Below are positions 9,890 to 17,630 of a DNA stretch of 64,000 nucleotides, one piece after another (position 1 is the stretch's first letter; each line of letters opens with the position of its first letter). A model generated the notes under the pieces. It ran no database searches. It saw nothing but the letters and a program-made list of their open reading frames with translations, and was not told the DNA's origin. The stretch covers positions 7,747 through 71,746 of the forward strand of contig CAZFTR010000005.1 in assembly GCA_964522405.1 (NCBI GenBank), written 5' to 3'. The stretch is from an uncultured Gammaproteobacteria bacterium (lineage in GTDB: Bacteria > Patescibacteriota > Patescibacteriia > Magasanikbacterales > UBA922). The position numbers and the translations under genes were made by a program.

Positions 9890-10058
9890 TTAGTTCATGA
9901 AATGGTGTTCTTTGTTGGTCGGTCGTATTTAGCTTTGTTACAAAGCTGGATTACTGCTCAAAAAAGTCCTTTTTCGGCAAAAGCCGAAATATCTATTTCA
10001 ATGAACTCGCCTACACGTCTTTTGGCGAGCAGGCAACGTAATTTTTAACGTTGTTTTT
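9890..10058 (+). promoter_or_regulatory. structured 5' leader of metK (possible SAM-responsive riboswitch; class not assignable by eye)
   Basis: About 170 nt with hairpins agctttg-tta-caaagct, tttcggc-aaaa-gccgaaa, ctcgcc...ggcgag and caacgt...acgttg; no SAM-I GGTGGAGGGA core seen. Confidence 0.3.
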
Positions 10059-11210
10059 ATGGAAAAAGTTTTGTTTACCTCTGAATCAGTAACAGAGGGA
10101 CATCCGGATAAAATCTGTGATCAGATCTCAGACGCAGTTTTGGATGCAGTTTTGAGTGATGATCCGGACGGAGCATGTTGTTGTGAAGTTTTTACTACAA
10201 CAGGCTTAGTTGTGGTTGGTGGAGAAATTACCACCAAAACCTATGTAGATATACCGGCCATAGTTCGAAGTACCTTAAAGGATATTGGCTACACAGACGC
10301 AGATTATGGAATAGACTATAAGAGTTGTGGAGTGGTTGTGGCAGTAGATGAACAAAGCCCTCATATTGCTCAGGGTGAAAAAACAGAGGAAGGAAAACAC
10401 AAAGCTCAGGGAGCAGGGGATCAGGGTATGATGTTTGGTTATGCTTGTAAAGAAACACCGGAGTTTATGCCACTGCCAATTATGCTGGCACATGGCCTTA
10501 CCAAGAAATTATCAGAAGTTAGAAAAGACGGAACTTTGGGCTATCTTCGACCTGATGGAAAAAGTCAGGTAACAGTTGAATATGTTGATGGAAAACCAAC
10601 TCGAGTAGACGCGGTAGTGCTTGCAGCACAGCATGATCCGGAAATAACACTTGAGCAGTTACGAGAAGATTTAAAACGAGAAGTAATAAACCCGGTTTGC
10701 GGAGAATATATTGATGAGAGTACCAAATATTTTATAAATGAAACTGGAACATTTATAATCGGAGGTCCACAAGGAGATACAGGAGTGACCGGAAGAAAAA
10801 TTATAGTAGATACTTATGGTGGAATGGGCCGACATGGTGGAGGAGCATTTTCCGGAAAAGTTCCAAACAAGCAAGATCGATCAGGAGCATATATGGCCAG
10901 ATATATTGCCAAAAATATTGTTGGCGCTGATCTGGCAGATCAATGCGAAGTTCAATTATCTTATGCAATTGGTTTTCCAGAGCCGGTAAGTGTACTTGTA
11001 GACACATTTGGAACTGGAAAAGCTGATACAGATAAATTAGTTGATGCGGTTAGGAAAATTTTTGATTTAACTCCGGCTGGAATAATTAACCAGCTAGATC
11101 TTAAGCGTCCAATTTACAAAGCAACAGCAGCTTACGGACACTTTGGAAGAGATGAATTTCCCTGGGAGAAATTAGATAAAGTAGAAGAATTGAAAACAGC
11201 ATTAGCTTAA
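10059..11210 (+). CDS. metK: S-adenosylmethionine synthetase
   Basis: GHPDK, GAGDQG and GGGAFSGK...DRSGAY motifs. Confidence 0.95.
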   Translation: MEKVLFTSESVTEGHPDKICDQISDAVLDAVLSDDPDGACCCEVFTTTGLVVVGGEITTKTYVDIPAIVRSTLKDIGYTDADYGIDYKSCGVVVAVDEQSPHIAQGEKTEEGKHKAQGAGDQGMMFGYACKETPEFMPLPIMLAHGLTKKLSEVRKDGTLGYLRPDGKSQVTVEYVDGKPTRVDAVVLAAQHDPEITLEQLREDLKREVINPVCGEYIDESTKYFINETGTFIIGGPQGDTGVTGRKIIVDTYGGMGRHGGGAFSGKVPNKQDRSGAYMARYIAKNIVGADLADQCEVQLSYAIGFPEPVSVLVDTFGTGKADTDKLVDAVRKIFDLTPAGIINQLDLKRPIYKATAAYGHFGRDEFPWEKLDKVEELKTALA

Positions 11211-11226
11211 AAAACCAAAAAATAAA

Positions 11227-11257
11227 AAAATCTCGTTATTTATAGCGAGATTTTTTA
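11227..11257 (+). terminator. intrinsic terminator after metK
   Basis: aaaaatctcg-(loop)-cgagatttttt. Confidence 0.8.
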
Positions 11258-11301
11258 TAATTAAATTTTTATATTATTTTCAAAAATACGCAATCAACGC
11301 A

Positions 11302-11416
11302 TATTGATTTGTACTATAAAGACTCATGAGACATTCCGCAGGCACATTGTTACCGCGGAGCAAGGTAACAATAGAGCCGAGGACGGCGAAGGAGGATTTA
11401 TAGTACAAATCAATAC
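11302..11416 (+). ncRNA. Family C structured element, copy 1 (conserved core in a 19-bp perfect inverted repeat)
   Basis: tattgatttgtactataaa ... actcatgagacattccgcag ... gagccgaggacggcgaaggagga ... tttatagtacaaatcaata. Confidence 0.5.
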
Positions 11417-11568
11417 TTTCCTATTGACAATAATATTAAAATTTAATTATTAGGAAGTGAGTGCCCGGGCAGCCCTCACGTCATGCCTGGCCCATAACCG
11501 TAGCCACTGTTGATTCCTCCCGACAGGGCGGACAGTGCGTACACGGTTTTGACCTCAGCAGGTCTTCC

Positions 11569-11961
11569 TCAAGTGGGGGAAGGAGCGTCCAAGATGGACA
11601 CGGCCCGTGCGATCAGATCACTCGGGCGAAAGGGTTTAGCAACGAAACCTTGCACCGAACCACTCGCCAGCAGGCCTTGCAGCTCGCCAGTTTGTTCGCC
11701 GGTGAAGCCGGACACGAGCAGAAGAGGGGTGTTGTTGCCAGCTTGCCGAAGCGCGCTTGCCACCTCTGTCCCACCCATGCACGGCATGATCACGTCGCAG
11801 AAAATCAGGTCAAACTCACCATCGAGTGCCTTTGTCAGGCCGTCAGCGCCGTTGCCGGCACATTCGACCTCAGCCTCACCGAAGTGGCGAGACAGCGCCC
11901 TCACAGCGATCAACCTGATCATTTCCTCATCGTCAATCACTAGAAACCGCTTTCTTCCCAT
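11569..11961 (-). CDS. standalone CheY-like receiver domain protein encoded in a GC-rich island
   Basis: MGRKRFLVIDDEEMIRL...DLIFCDVIMP...LLLVSGF...VAKPF; GC-rich codon usage unlike neighbouring genes. Confidence 0.55.
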   Translation of the reverse strand: MGRKRFLVIDDEEMIRLIAVRALSRHFGEAEVECAGNGADGLTKALDGEFDLIFCDVIMPCMGGTEVASALRQAGNNTPLLLVSGFTGEQTGELQGLLASGSVQGFVAKPFRPSDLIARAVSILDAPSPT

Positions 11962-11998
11962 AACACCTCTCTTTTGGAGAGGGCTACCCGGACAGGCC

Positions 11999-12027
11999 AT
12001 ATTATATCATCTATGTTGTGCTGTCAA
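11999..12027 (-). promoter_or_regulatory. sigma70-type promoter for the GC-island receiver gene
   Basis: Minus-strand ttgaca-17 nt-taatat, about 35 nt upstream of the ATG, with a cctctc-caaaa-gagagg leader hairpin. Confidence 0.5.
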
Positions 12028-12082
12028 TAGTATGAGATTATTAAATATTGCTTTTTGGCTAAAATATGCTAAAATAATACCT

Positions 12083-12877
12083 ATGACCATAGTTCAAGCC
12101 CTTTTTTTGGGTATAATTCAAGGAATTACAGAATTCCTACCAATTTCATCATCTGGGCATTTGATTTTCCTGCCTAGTATTTTTGGTTGGGAAGATCAGG
12201 GTCTTGCTTTTGACGTGGTAGTTCATCTGGGTAGTTTGCTGGCAGTTATTGTTTTTTTTAGAAATAAACTTTGGAAAATTCTCAAAGGTTTTTTTGCTCA
12301 AGATGATCTACAAAATAGGAATTTAGGATTATTGCTAATCCTTTCAATTATTCCAGCAGGTATAATTGGATTATTTTTTGGAGATTTTATCGAGACAGGT
12401 TTTCGCTCAGCTACAGTAGTTGGTTTTGGTTTAATCTTTTGGGGAGTTCTACTTGGTTTGGCAGATAAGTATTCAAATAAATTGCAAAATCCTAAAAATC
12501 TTGAGAAAGCAAATTGGAAAAATGCCTTGTTCATTGGTTGTGCTCAAGCAATTGCGCTTATTCCCGGAACAAGCAGATCAGGAATTACTATGACAGCAGG
12601 TCTTTTTGCAAAATTTGATCGCAAATCTGCAGCAGAATTTAGTTTTCTGATGAGTGTACCGGTTATTGGTCTTGCGGGTGCTTTGAAGATTTTTGAATTG
12701 TTAAGTTTTGGATTGGGTCAGCTAAGTCTGGAGATTTTATCAGTTGGGTTTATTGCTTCAGCTCTTAGTGGCTTTATAGCAATTTCAGGGCTTATGAAAT
12801 TAATTCAACGTTGGAGTTTTATGCCTTTTGTTTATTATAGGGTGGTTGTTGGAATTTTGATTTTGTTCTTATTTTAA
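12083..12877 (+). CDS. uppP: undecaprenyl-diphosphatase
   Basis: MTIVQALFLGIIQGITEFLPISSSGHL N-terminus and PGxSRSG motif. ORF-track 11510-12877 is an artefactual read-through from the GC island. Confidence 0.85.
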   Translation: MTIVQALFLGIIQGITEFLPISSSGHLIFLPSIFGWEDQGLAFDVVVHLGSLLAVIVFFRNKLWKILKGFFAQDDLQNRNLGLLLILSIIPAGIIGLFFGDFIETGFRSATVVGFGLIFWGVLLGLADKYSNKLQNPKNLEKANWKNALFIGCAQAIALIPGTSRSGITMTAGLFAKFDRKSAAEFSFLMSVPVIGLAGALKIFELLSFGLGQLSLEILSVGFIASALSGFIAISGLMKLIQRWSFMPFVYYRVVVGILILFLF

Positions 12878-12880
12878 TAT

Positions 12881-14296
12881 ATGACAGAAAAACAGATAAT
12901 TAAGAAAATTTATACAGTTTCAAAGGAGCTTGACCAGGATATTTATATTGTTGGTGGTTTTGTGCGTGATGAATTATTGGGGATTAAGCACAAGAAAGAC
13001 TTGGATTTTGTAGTAGTCGGAAGTGGTCTTGAATTTGCCAAGAAATTTGATTTATCTCTAGAAGAAGAGGGGAGTCTGGTTGAGTTCCCAGATTTTGATA
13101 CAGCTCGTTATGTTTTAGATGATTTTGAAATAGAATTTGCAGGAGCTCGCATGGAATCGTATGATTCAGATTCCAGAAAACCGCATGTTAAGCCAGCTAC
13201 TCTTGAAATGGATTTATCAAGAAGAGATTTTACAGTTAATGCCATGGCAAGAAAAGTTATGTCATCTGGTTTGAGTAGTAAAATTCTTGATCCCTTTGAG
13301 GGCCAACAAGATTTAAAAAAGAAGATCATAAGAACGCCACTTGAGCCAAATGAAACATTTTCAGATGATCCACTACGTATGATGAGGGCAGCACGTTTTG
13401 CAGCGCAATTAGAATTTGAAATAGAAGAAAATACTTACAAAGCACTTGATAAAAATGCCAAAAGACTTAAAATAATTTCAGCAGAAAGAATTCAAGAAGA
13501 ATTATTTAAGATGCTTTCAACACTTGAGCCTTCAAAAGGTCTGTGGATTTTATATAAGACAGGATTGTTATCAGAATTTCTTCCGGAAGTGGTCGCACTT
13601 GGCGGTGTAGAAGAAGTTGCCGGTTATGCACATAAAAACAATTTATCCCACAGTTTCAAAGTTGTAGACAATATTGCCCAGATGAGTGATAAGTCAATTT
13701 TGCGTTTTGCCGGTTTGATGCATGATATTGGCAAGGCTGATACAAAGAAATTTGTAAAAGGGCGGGGCTGGACTTTTGATATGCATGATCATCTGGGAAA
13801 GAAAATGGTTAGGCAGATTGGCCGTCGATTGCGCATGAGTAAGGGTGATATAGAATATGTAGCTCACTTGGTTCGCTGGCATCTCTATCCGATTGCTCTT
13901 ATGGATGAGGGGGTAACTGATAGTCCTGTTCGCAGATTAATTGTAAATCTTCAGGAAGATTTGGATGATCTTCTGATTCTTTGTCGAGCAGATATTACCA
14001 CTGGAAATCAGAAGAAACTTAAGAGGAGATTAAAAAATTATGATTATCTGGAAAAAAGAATTGTAGAGGTTTTGGAAAAGGATAAGTTGCGAGCATTTCA
14101 GTCGCCGGTTCGCGGAGAGGAAATTATGAAGGAGTGCGGTTTAGGTCCAGGTCCAACAGTTGGAAAAATAAAAATAGCAATCGAAGAAGCTATTCTTGAT
14201 GGAATTATTGCCAATGAATATGAGCCGGCATTAGAATATTTTAAGAAAATAAAAGATGAATATATGAAAGATGTGCAGGATTGGGAAAAAGTTTAA
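12881..14296 (+). CDS. cca: CCA-adding tRNA nucleotidyltransferase (PolyA_pol head + HD domain)
   Basis: GGFVRDELLG...DLDF nucleotidyltransferase motif, RDFTVNAMA, HD-domain HDIGK. Confidence 0.8.
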   Translation: MTEKQIIKKIYTVSKELDQDIYIVGGFVRDELLGIKHKKDLDFVVVGSGLEFAKKFDLSLEEEGSLVEFPDFDTARYVLDDFEIEFAGARMESYDSDSRKPHVKPATLEMDLSRRDFTVNAMARKVMSSGLSSKILDPFEGQQDLKKKIIRTPLEPNETFSDDPLRMMRAARFAAQLEFEIEENTYKALDKNAKRLKIISAERIQEELFKMLSTLEPSKGLWILYKTGLLSEFLPEVVALGGVEEVAGYAHKNNLSHSFKVVDNIAQMSDKSILRFAGLMHDIGKADTKKFVKGRGWTFDMHDHLGKKMVRQIGRRLRMSKGDIEYVAHLVRWHLYPIALMDEGVTDSPVRRLIVNLQEDLDDLLILCRADITTGNQKKLKRRLKNYDYLEKRIVEVLEKDKLRAFQSPVRGEEIMKECGLGPGPTVGKIKIAIEEAILDGIIANEYEPALEYFKKIKDEYMKDVQDWEKV

Positions 14297-14315
14297 TTCT
14301 AAAATATAAATAAAA

Positions 14316-14345
14316 GCCAGCCCACACAAGGGCTGGTTTGATTTT
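14316..14345 (+). terminator. intrinsic terminator after cca
   Basis: gccagccc-acacaa-gggctggt then ttgatttt. Confidence 0.75.
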
Positions 14346-14349
14346 GAAG

Positions 14350-14770
14350 GGAGGGGTCGGCGCGGCAAGTTGGTCCTGAATTGCCCCTTTTATACGGGTG
14401 GTTGATGATACAACCGCGCCTTCCCCATAAATAGCCTTAGCTTGCGCCTTGGCCAAAGAACAGATGGATCGGGAACCTGGATTTGAACCAGGGACTTCAG
14501 GATTTGGAGTCCTGCACTCTACCGCTGAGTTATTCCCGAAAAAGAGAGGGCTGGGCTTGGGTCTGTCGCCAAGGCATATAGACCACAATCGGACTGGGAC
14601 GCCAGATCCAAGCTTGCCCCCATAAAAGGACAGAAACGCCATCTAGTCCACCGTGGACTAGGGGGGTGACAGCGAGTCTGTGCTGATCCGTGCTGGGCAC
14701 GGGCCCTGATGCGGGGATTTGCACCCCAATGCGCGACGAGTGCCGCGGTTTACTTTGCCTGATTTTGCGG
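14350..14770 (-). other. GC-rich structured island surrounding a tRNA-like gene
   Basis: By eye >55% GC. Perfect hairpins ctagtcca-cgg-tggactag and gggg-tgcaaat-cccc; long-range pair ggggaaggcgcgg/ccgcgccgacccc; no convincing ORF. Confidence 0.4.
14465..14539 (-). tRNA. tRNA-Trp-like (anticodon CCA), GC-rich, CCA encoded; a second and very different Trp tRNA
   Basis: Minus strand: TCGGGAA-TA-ACTC-AGCGGTA-GAGT-G-CAGGA-cTCCAaa-TCCTG-AAGTC-CCTGG-TTCAAAT-CCAGG-TTCCCGA-T-CCA. Confidence 0.6.
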
Positions 14771-15074
14771 AGTCAAATTGAGGCTTAAGCTTACAATTTT
14801 CTTGGCAACAGCATCAGGGAAGCCACTCATGGCGGCTATGTTTGTGGATGAGAAGTGCTCAACACTTGTGGCGGATTATGAATACCGCTTACCAACCCGA
14901 CAAGTGGGGCACAAGTTTACTCCCGTGAACGGGCAGACTTTCTTCACTCCTCACATTGATATCGAAAGCAATAAGAATATTATACAAAAGAGTTCTTTTT
15001 GTCAATTATAGAAGTGAATAAACAAATTGCTATTTTCAATTAAAATTGCTATAATGGCATCATAAATTTTCTAT

Positions 15075-15803
15075 ATGTTTCTAGTGGAATTTTGGAATAA
15101 TTTTTTATATCGTCCATTATTTAATTTCCTAATTTGGATGTACAATAATTGGACTCATGGAAACTTGGGTTGGGCAGTTGTTTATTTAACTGTCTTTTTG
15201 CGTTTAGCACTTCTCCCTTTTACAGTTTTGGCAGAGCGAGCAAAAGTTAAAAATGAAATATATTTTACAAAAGTTAAGCAGATGATCAAGGAGTACAAAA
15301 AAGATCCGGTTTTGCTCAAACAAGAAGTGCGTAAATATCTGAAAAAGAAAAAAGTACGTCCATGGTCAAGAGTATTTGAAATCGGAGTTCAGTTAGTGGT
15401 ATTGTTACTTTTGTATCAGGTATTTTTGCGGGGAATTACAGGTGAGAGAGTAAAGATTTTACGTCTACTCTACGATTTTGTGAATTACCCGGGAGATATC
15501 AATACCATGTTCTATAGTTTTGATCTTGGAGCTATACATGATTCTATTTGGGCCGGATTTGTAGCTGTTTTCATGCTTTTTTATATTTTTCTTGAATTCA
15601 AAGAAAATAAGGTACTGCTTACCAAAAGAGATTTGGCTTATTTTACACTTTTTCCATTGTCAGTTTTTCTATTATTGTGGATATTACCAATGGTAAAATC
15701 TTTGTTTATATTGACTTCCATGATCATGTCAGTAGTTTTTCACTATGTGATTAAGCTATTTATAAGAAAGCCCAAGCTGCATGAAAAAGCAAAATCAACT
15801 TGA
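15075..15803 (+). CDS. yidC: membrane protein insertase YidC (short form)
   Basis: LYRPLFNFLIW...GNLGWAVVYLTVFLRLALLPFTV conserved YidC TM1 region; five TM helices. Confidence 0.6.
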   Translation: MFLVEFWNNFLYRPLFNFLIWMYNNWTHGNLGWAVVYLTVFLRLALLPFTVLAERAKVKNEIYFTKVKQMIKEYKKDPVLLKQEVRKYLKKKKVRPWSRVFEIGVQLVVLLLLYQVFLRGITGERVKILRLLYDFVNYPGDINTMFYSFDLGAIHDSIWAGFVAVFMLFYIFLEFKENKVLLTKRDLAYFTLFPLSVFLLLWILPMVKSLFILTSMIMSVVFHYVIKLFIRKPKLHEKAKST

Positions 15804-15908
15804 TATTAAAAGGTTTTAGTAGTAATATAGATACATCAATAAGGATCTGTAGCCAAATTTCATCCTAAAAGCATATTTGGCACAGCACCATTAAATAAAC
15901 CATCAAAT

Positions 15909-16520
15909 ATGGCTGAAGAATCAATTGATAAATTAATGTATTCCTTTGTCATGGAAGACGTACTCAAGGGCATTTTTATTTATGTGCCACCCGGGTATGT
16001 TGCCTGTGTCTATGATCTCGGCAGGGGAGTTTTAAAAAAAGTTCTTACACCGGGATTGCATTTTAAGATTCCATTTTGGCAAAAAGCAAAATTGTTCAAT
16101 ACTCAAACTTTAGAATACAGTATCAGTAGAGAATTTAATCCTGAGAACGAAAAAGCCATGGGAGACGTGCCAATTGCAGCAGTTACTATGGATTCTAAGC
16201 GTATAGCAGTAGAGGGAACAGTTCTCTTGAGATTAGATATTCACCAAATCCCACATATTTGGCAGACAATAGGTGAAGATTTTGTAGTGAAGATTATCCG
16301 ACCGACTATCCGCAGCCGTATTCGTATGGTAGCAAGTAGATTTGATCACAATGACATGATCGGAGCAAAGAGAGATTCAGTAGAAACAGAGCTCAAGAGC
16401 GAACTTGAGAGAATATTTTATCCGCGTGGAATATATGTAGAAAATATTCTTCTGAGTGAAGTTTCCACAGTATCAGAACAGCCCAAGAAAAAGAAAAAGA
16501 AAAAAGAAGACGAAGAATAA
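15909..16520 (+). CDS. SPFH/band-7 (prohibitin/slipin-like) protein with poly-Lys/Glu tail
   Basis: Band-7 core with PIAAVTMDSKRIAVEGTVLLRLD; C-terminal KKKKKKKEDEE. Confidence 0.5.
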   Translation: MAEESIDKLMYSFVMEDVLKGIFIYVPPGYVACVYDLGRGVLKKVLTPGLHFKIPFWQKAKLFNTQTLEYSISREFNPENEKAMGDVPIAAVTMDSKRIAVEGTVLLRLDIHQIPHIWQTIGEDFVVKIIRPTIRSRIRMVASRFDHNDMIGAKRDSVETELKSELERIFYPRGIYVENILLSEVSTVSEQPKKKKKKKEDEE

Positions 16521-16602
16521 ATAACAAATCTAAATTCAGCTCTGACACATGTCGGAGCTTTTTATTTAGCCGCAAAACTTGTTGACAATAAATTTTGAAT
16601 TA

Positions 16603-16780
16603 AATAGATATTAGCTTAAATTTAGCACATATATGGTTTGTGGATTAAAAACTCATGAGACAATCCGCAGCCCCCTTGCTGATGCTGAAAGCAGATCAGC
16701 AAGAGAGGCGAGGACGGCGAAGGAGGATTTAATCCACAAACCAATGTAGAATAGAAAAAATTTAAGCTAATATCTATTTG
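16603..16780 (+). ncRNA. Family C structured element, copy 2, nested in a 22-bp outer and 16-bp inner inverted repeat
   Basis: Outer aaatagatattagcttaaattt / aaatttaagctaatatctattt; inner tggtttgtggattaaa / tttaatccacaaacca; core actcatgagacaatccgcagccccc...gagaggcgaggacggcgaaggagga. Confidence 0.5.
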
Positions 16781-16790
16781 ATTCCATTTC

Positions 16791-16819
16791 TTGACAACAT
16801 TTTAAGGCGGTGGTATATT
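16791..16819 (+). promoter_or_regulatory. sigma70-type promoter of the hrcA operon
   Basis: TTGACA - 17 nt - TATATT, immediately upstream of CIRCE. Confidence 0.6.
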
Positions 16820-16844
16820 ATCACTCAAGTATCATGAGTGCTAA
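16818..16844 (+). promoter_or_regulatory. CIRCE operator (HrcA binding site)
   Basis: ttaTCACTC-aagtatcat-GAGTGctaa, a 9-bp spaced inverted repeat close to the TTAGCACTC-N9-GAGTGCTAA consensus; ends 4 nt before the hrcA ATG. Confidence 0.8.
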
Positions 16845-16847
16845 AAT

Positions 16848-17528
16848 ATGGAAACCAGAAAAGAACAATTACTCGGGCTGGTAGTAGAGGAATATATCAA
16901 AACAGCCCAGCCAATCGGATCAAAATTTTTAAGTACAGAAACAGAACTTAGAGTTAGTGCTGCAACAATTCGAAACGAAATGCGAGACCTAGAAGAAACC
17001 GGAATGCTAGCGCAACCACACACCTCAGCAGGAAGAATACCAACAGAAGCAGGGTACCGATACTATGTAGATAATATTTTAAAAATAGGAAAACTTACTA
17101 AGAAAAAACAGGAAAACTTACAAAAAATTGAAAAACTGGAATTAGATAAAAAAAGCAAATACAAAGAAATGGCAAAGTATATTTCAGAGGACTTGGGCGC
17201 TGCGGTTATCATTGCTTTTGGGAGTAATTCATTGTATTATACTGGGATTGGAAATTTATTTTCACAGCCAGAATTCCAAACTCATGCACATACAGTGGAT
17301 GTCTCAGCAGTATTTGACAAGTGTGAAGAAGTAATAGATCAGGTGTTTGAAGAAATAGAAAAGGGCTTACCAAAAGTTCTGGTTGGCAAAGAAAATCCAT
17401 TTGGTTCAGTCTGTAGTTTAGTGGGGGTCCGTTTTGGAAATCATAGTTTGTTGTCAGTTCTCGGACCCATGCGAATGAACTATGGTAGATCATTAGAATT
17501 TCTTGATTTTATCAAGGAAATCGATTAA
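16848..17528 (+). CDS. hrcA: heat-inducible transcription repressor HrcA (short)
   Basis: N-terminal wHTH QLLGLVVEEYIKTAQPIGSKFL...ISAATIRNEMRDLEETG; CIRCE upstream; grpE and dnaK downstream. Confidence 0.8.
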   Translation: METRKEQLLGLVVEEYIKTAQPIGSKFLSTETELRVSAATIRNEMRDLEETGMLAQPHTSAGRIPTEAGYRYYVDNILKIGKLTKKKQENLQKIEKLELDKKSKYKEMAKYISEDLGAAVIIAFGSNSLYYTGIGNLFSQPEFQTHAHTVDVSAVFDKCEEVIDQVFEEIEKGLPKVLVGKENPFGSVCSLVGVRFGNHSLLSVLGPMRMNYGRSLEFLDFIKEID

Positions 17529-17623
17529 TAGTTGATAGTTTGCAGTTTATTGACGATAATTAGTTGTAAACAAAATCAAATTTTAATCATAAACTAATAA
17601 CTATTAACTGTAAACTATCAACT
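17529..17623. promoter_or_regulatory. heptamer-repeat array with inverted arms agttgatagtttgcagtt / aactgtaaactatcaact
   Basis: 17/18 matching inverted repeat flanking a 58-bp AT spacer; second arm is tandem NAACTNN heptads ending 7 nt before the 17631 ATG. Confidence 0.5.
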
Positions 17624-17630
17624 AACAAAT

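Noticed and set aside
11302-11416. Family C elements as short peptide genes (each has an ATG at actcATGagaca)
   Set aside because: The three copies translate in different frames and give unrelated 25-28 aa peptides, while the nucleotide core and pairing are conserved. This favours RNA or DNA structure over coding.
11461-11943. 160-aa plus-strand ORF in the GC island
   Set aside because: It is antisense to the well-formed receiver-domain gene. Its composition-driven open frame is typical of high-GC DNA and it has no motif.
11510-12877. ORF-track 455-aa plus-strand ORF spanning the GC island and uppP
   Set aside because: This is a read-through artefact. The first 190 codons are GC-rich antisense of the receiver gene with Ser/Pro/Arg-rich nonsense. 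The real uppP starts at ATG 12083 (MTIVQALFLGII...).
14241-14642. 133-aa minus-strand ORF across the cca terminator and the tRNA-like gene
   Set aside because: It overlaps a tRNA cloverleaf and a terminator. It is an open frame in GC-rich structured DNA, not a gene.
16671-16710. CTGATG...GAAA segment of Family C as a hammerhead ribozyme core
   Set aside because: There is no CUGAUGA box or GUC-containing stem III/I arrangement. The segment is simply a hairpin with a GAAA-like loop.
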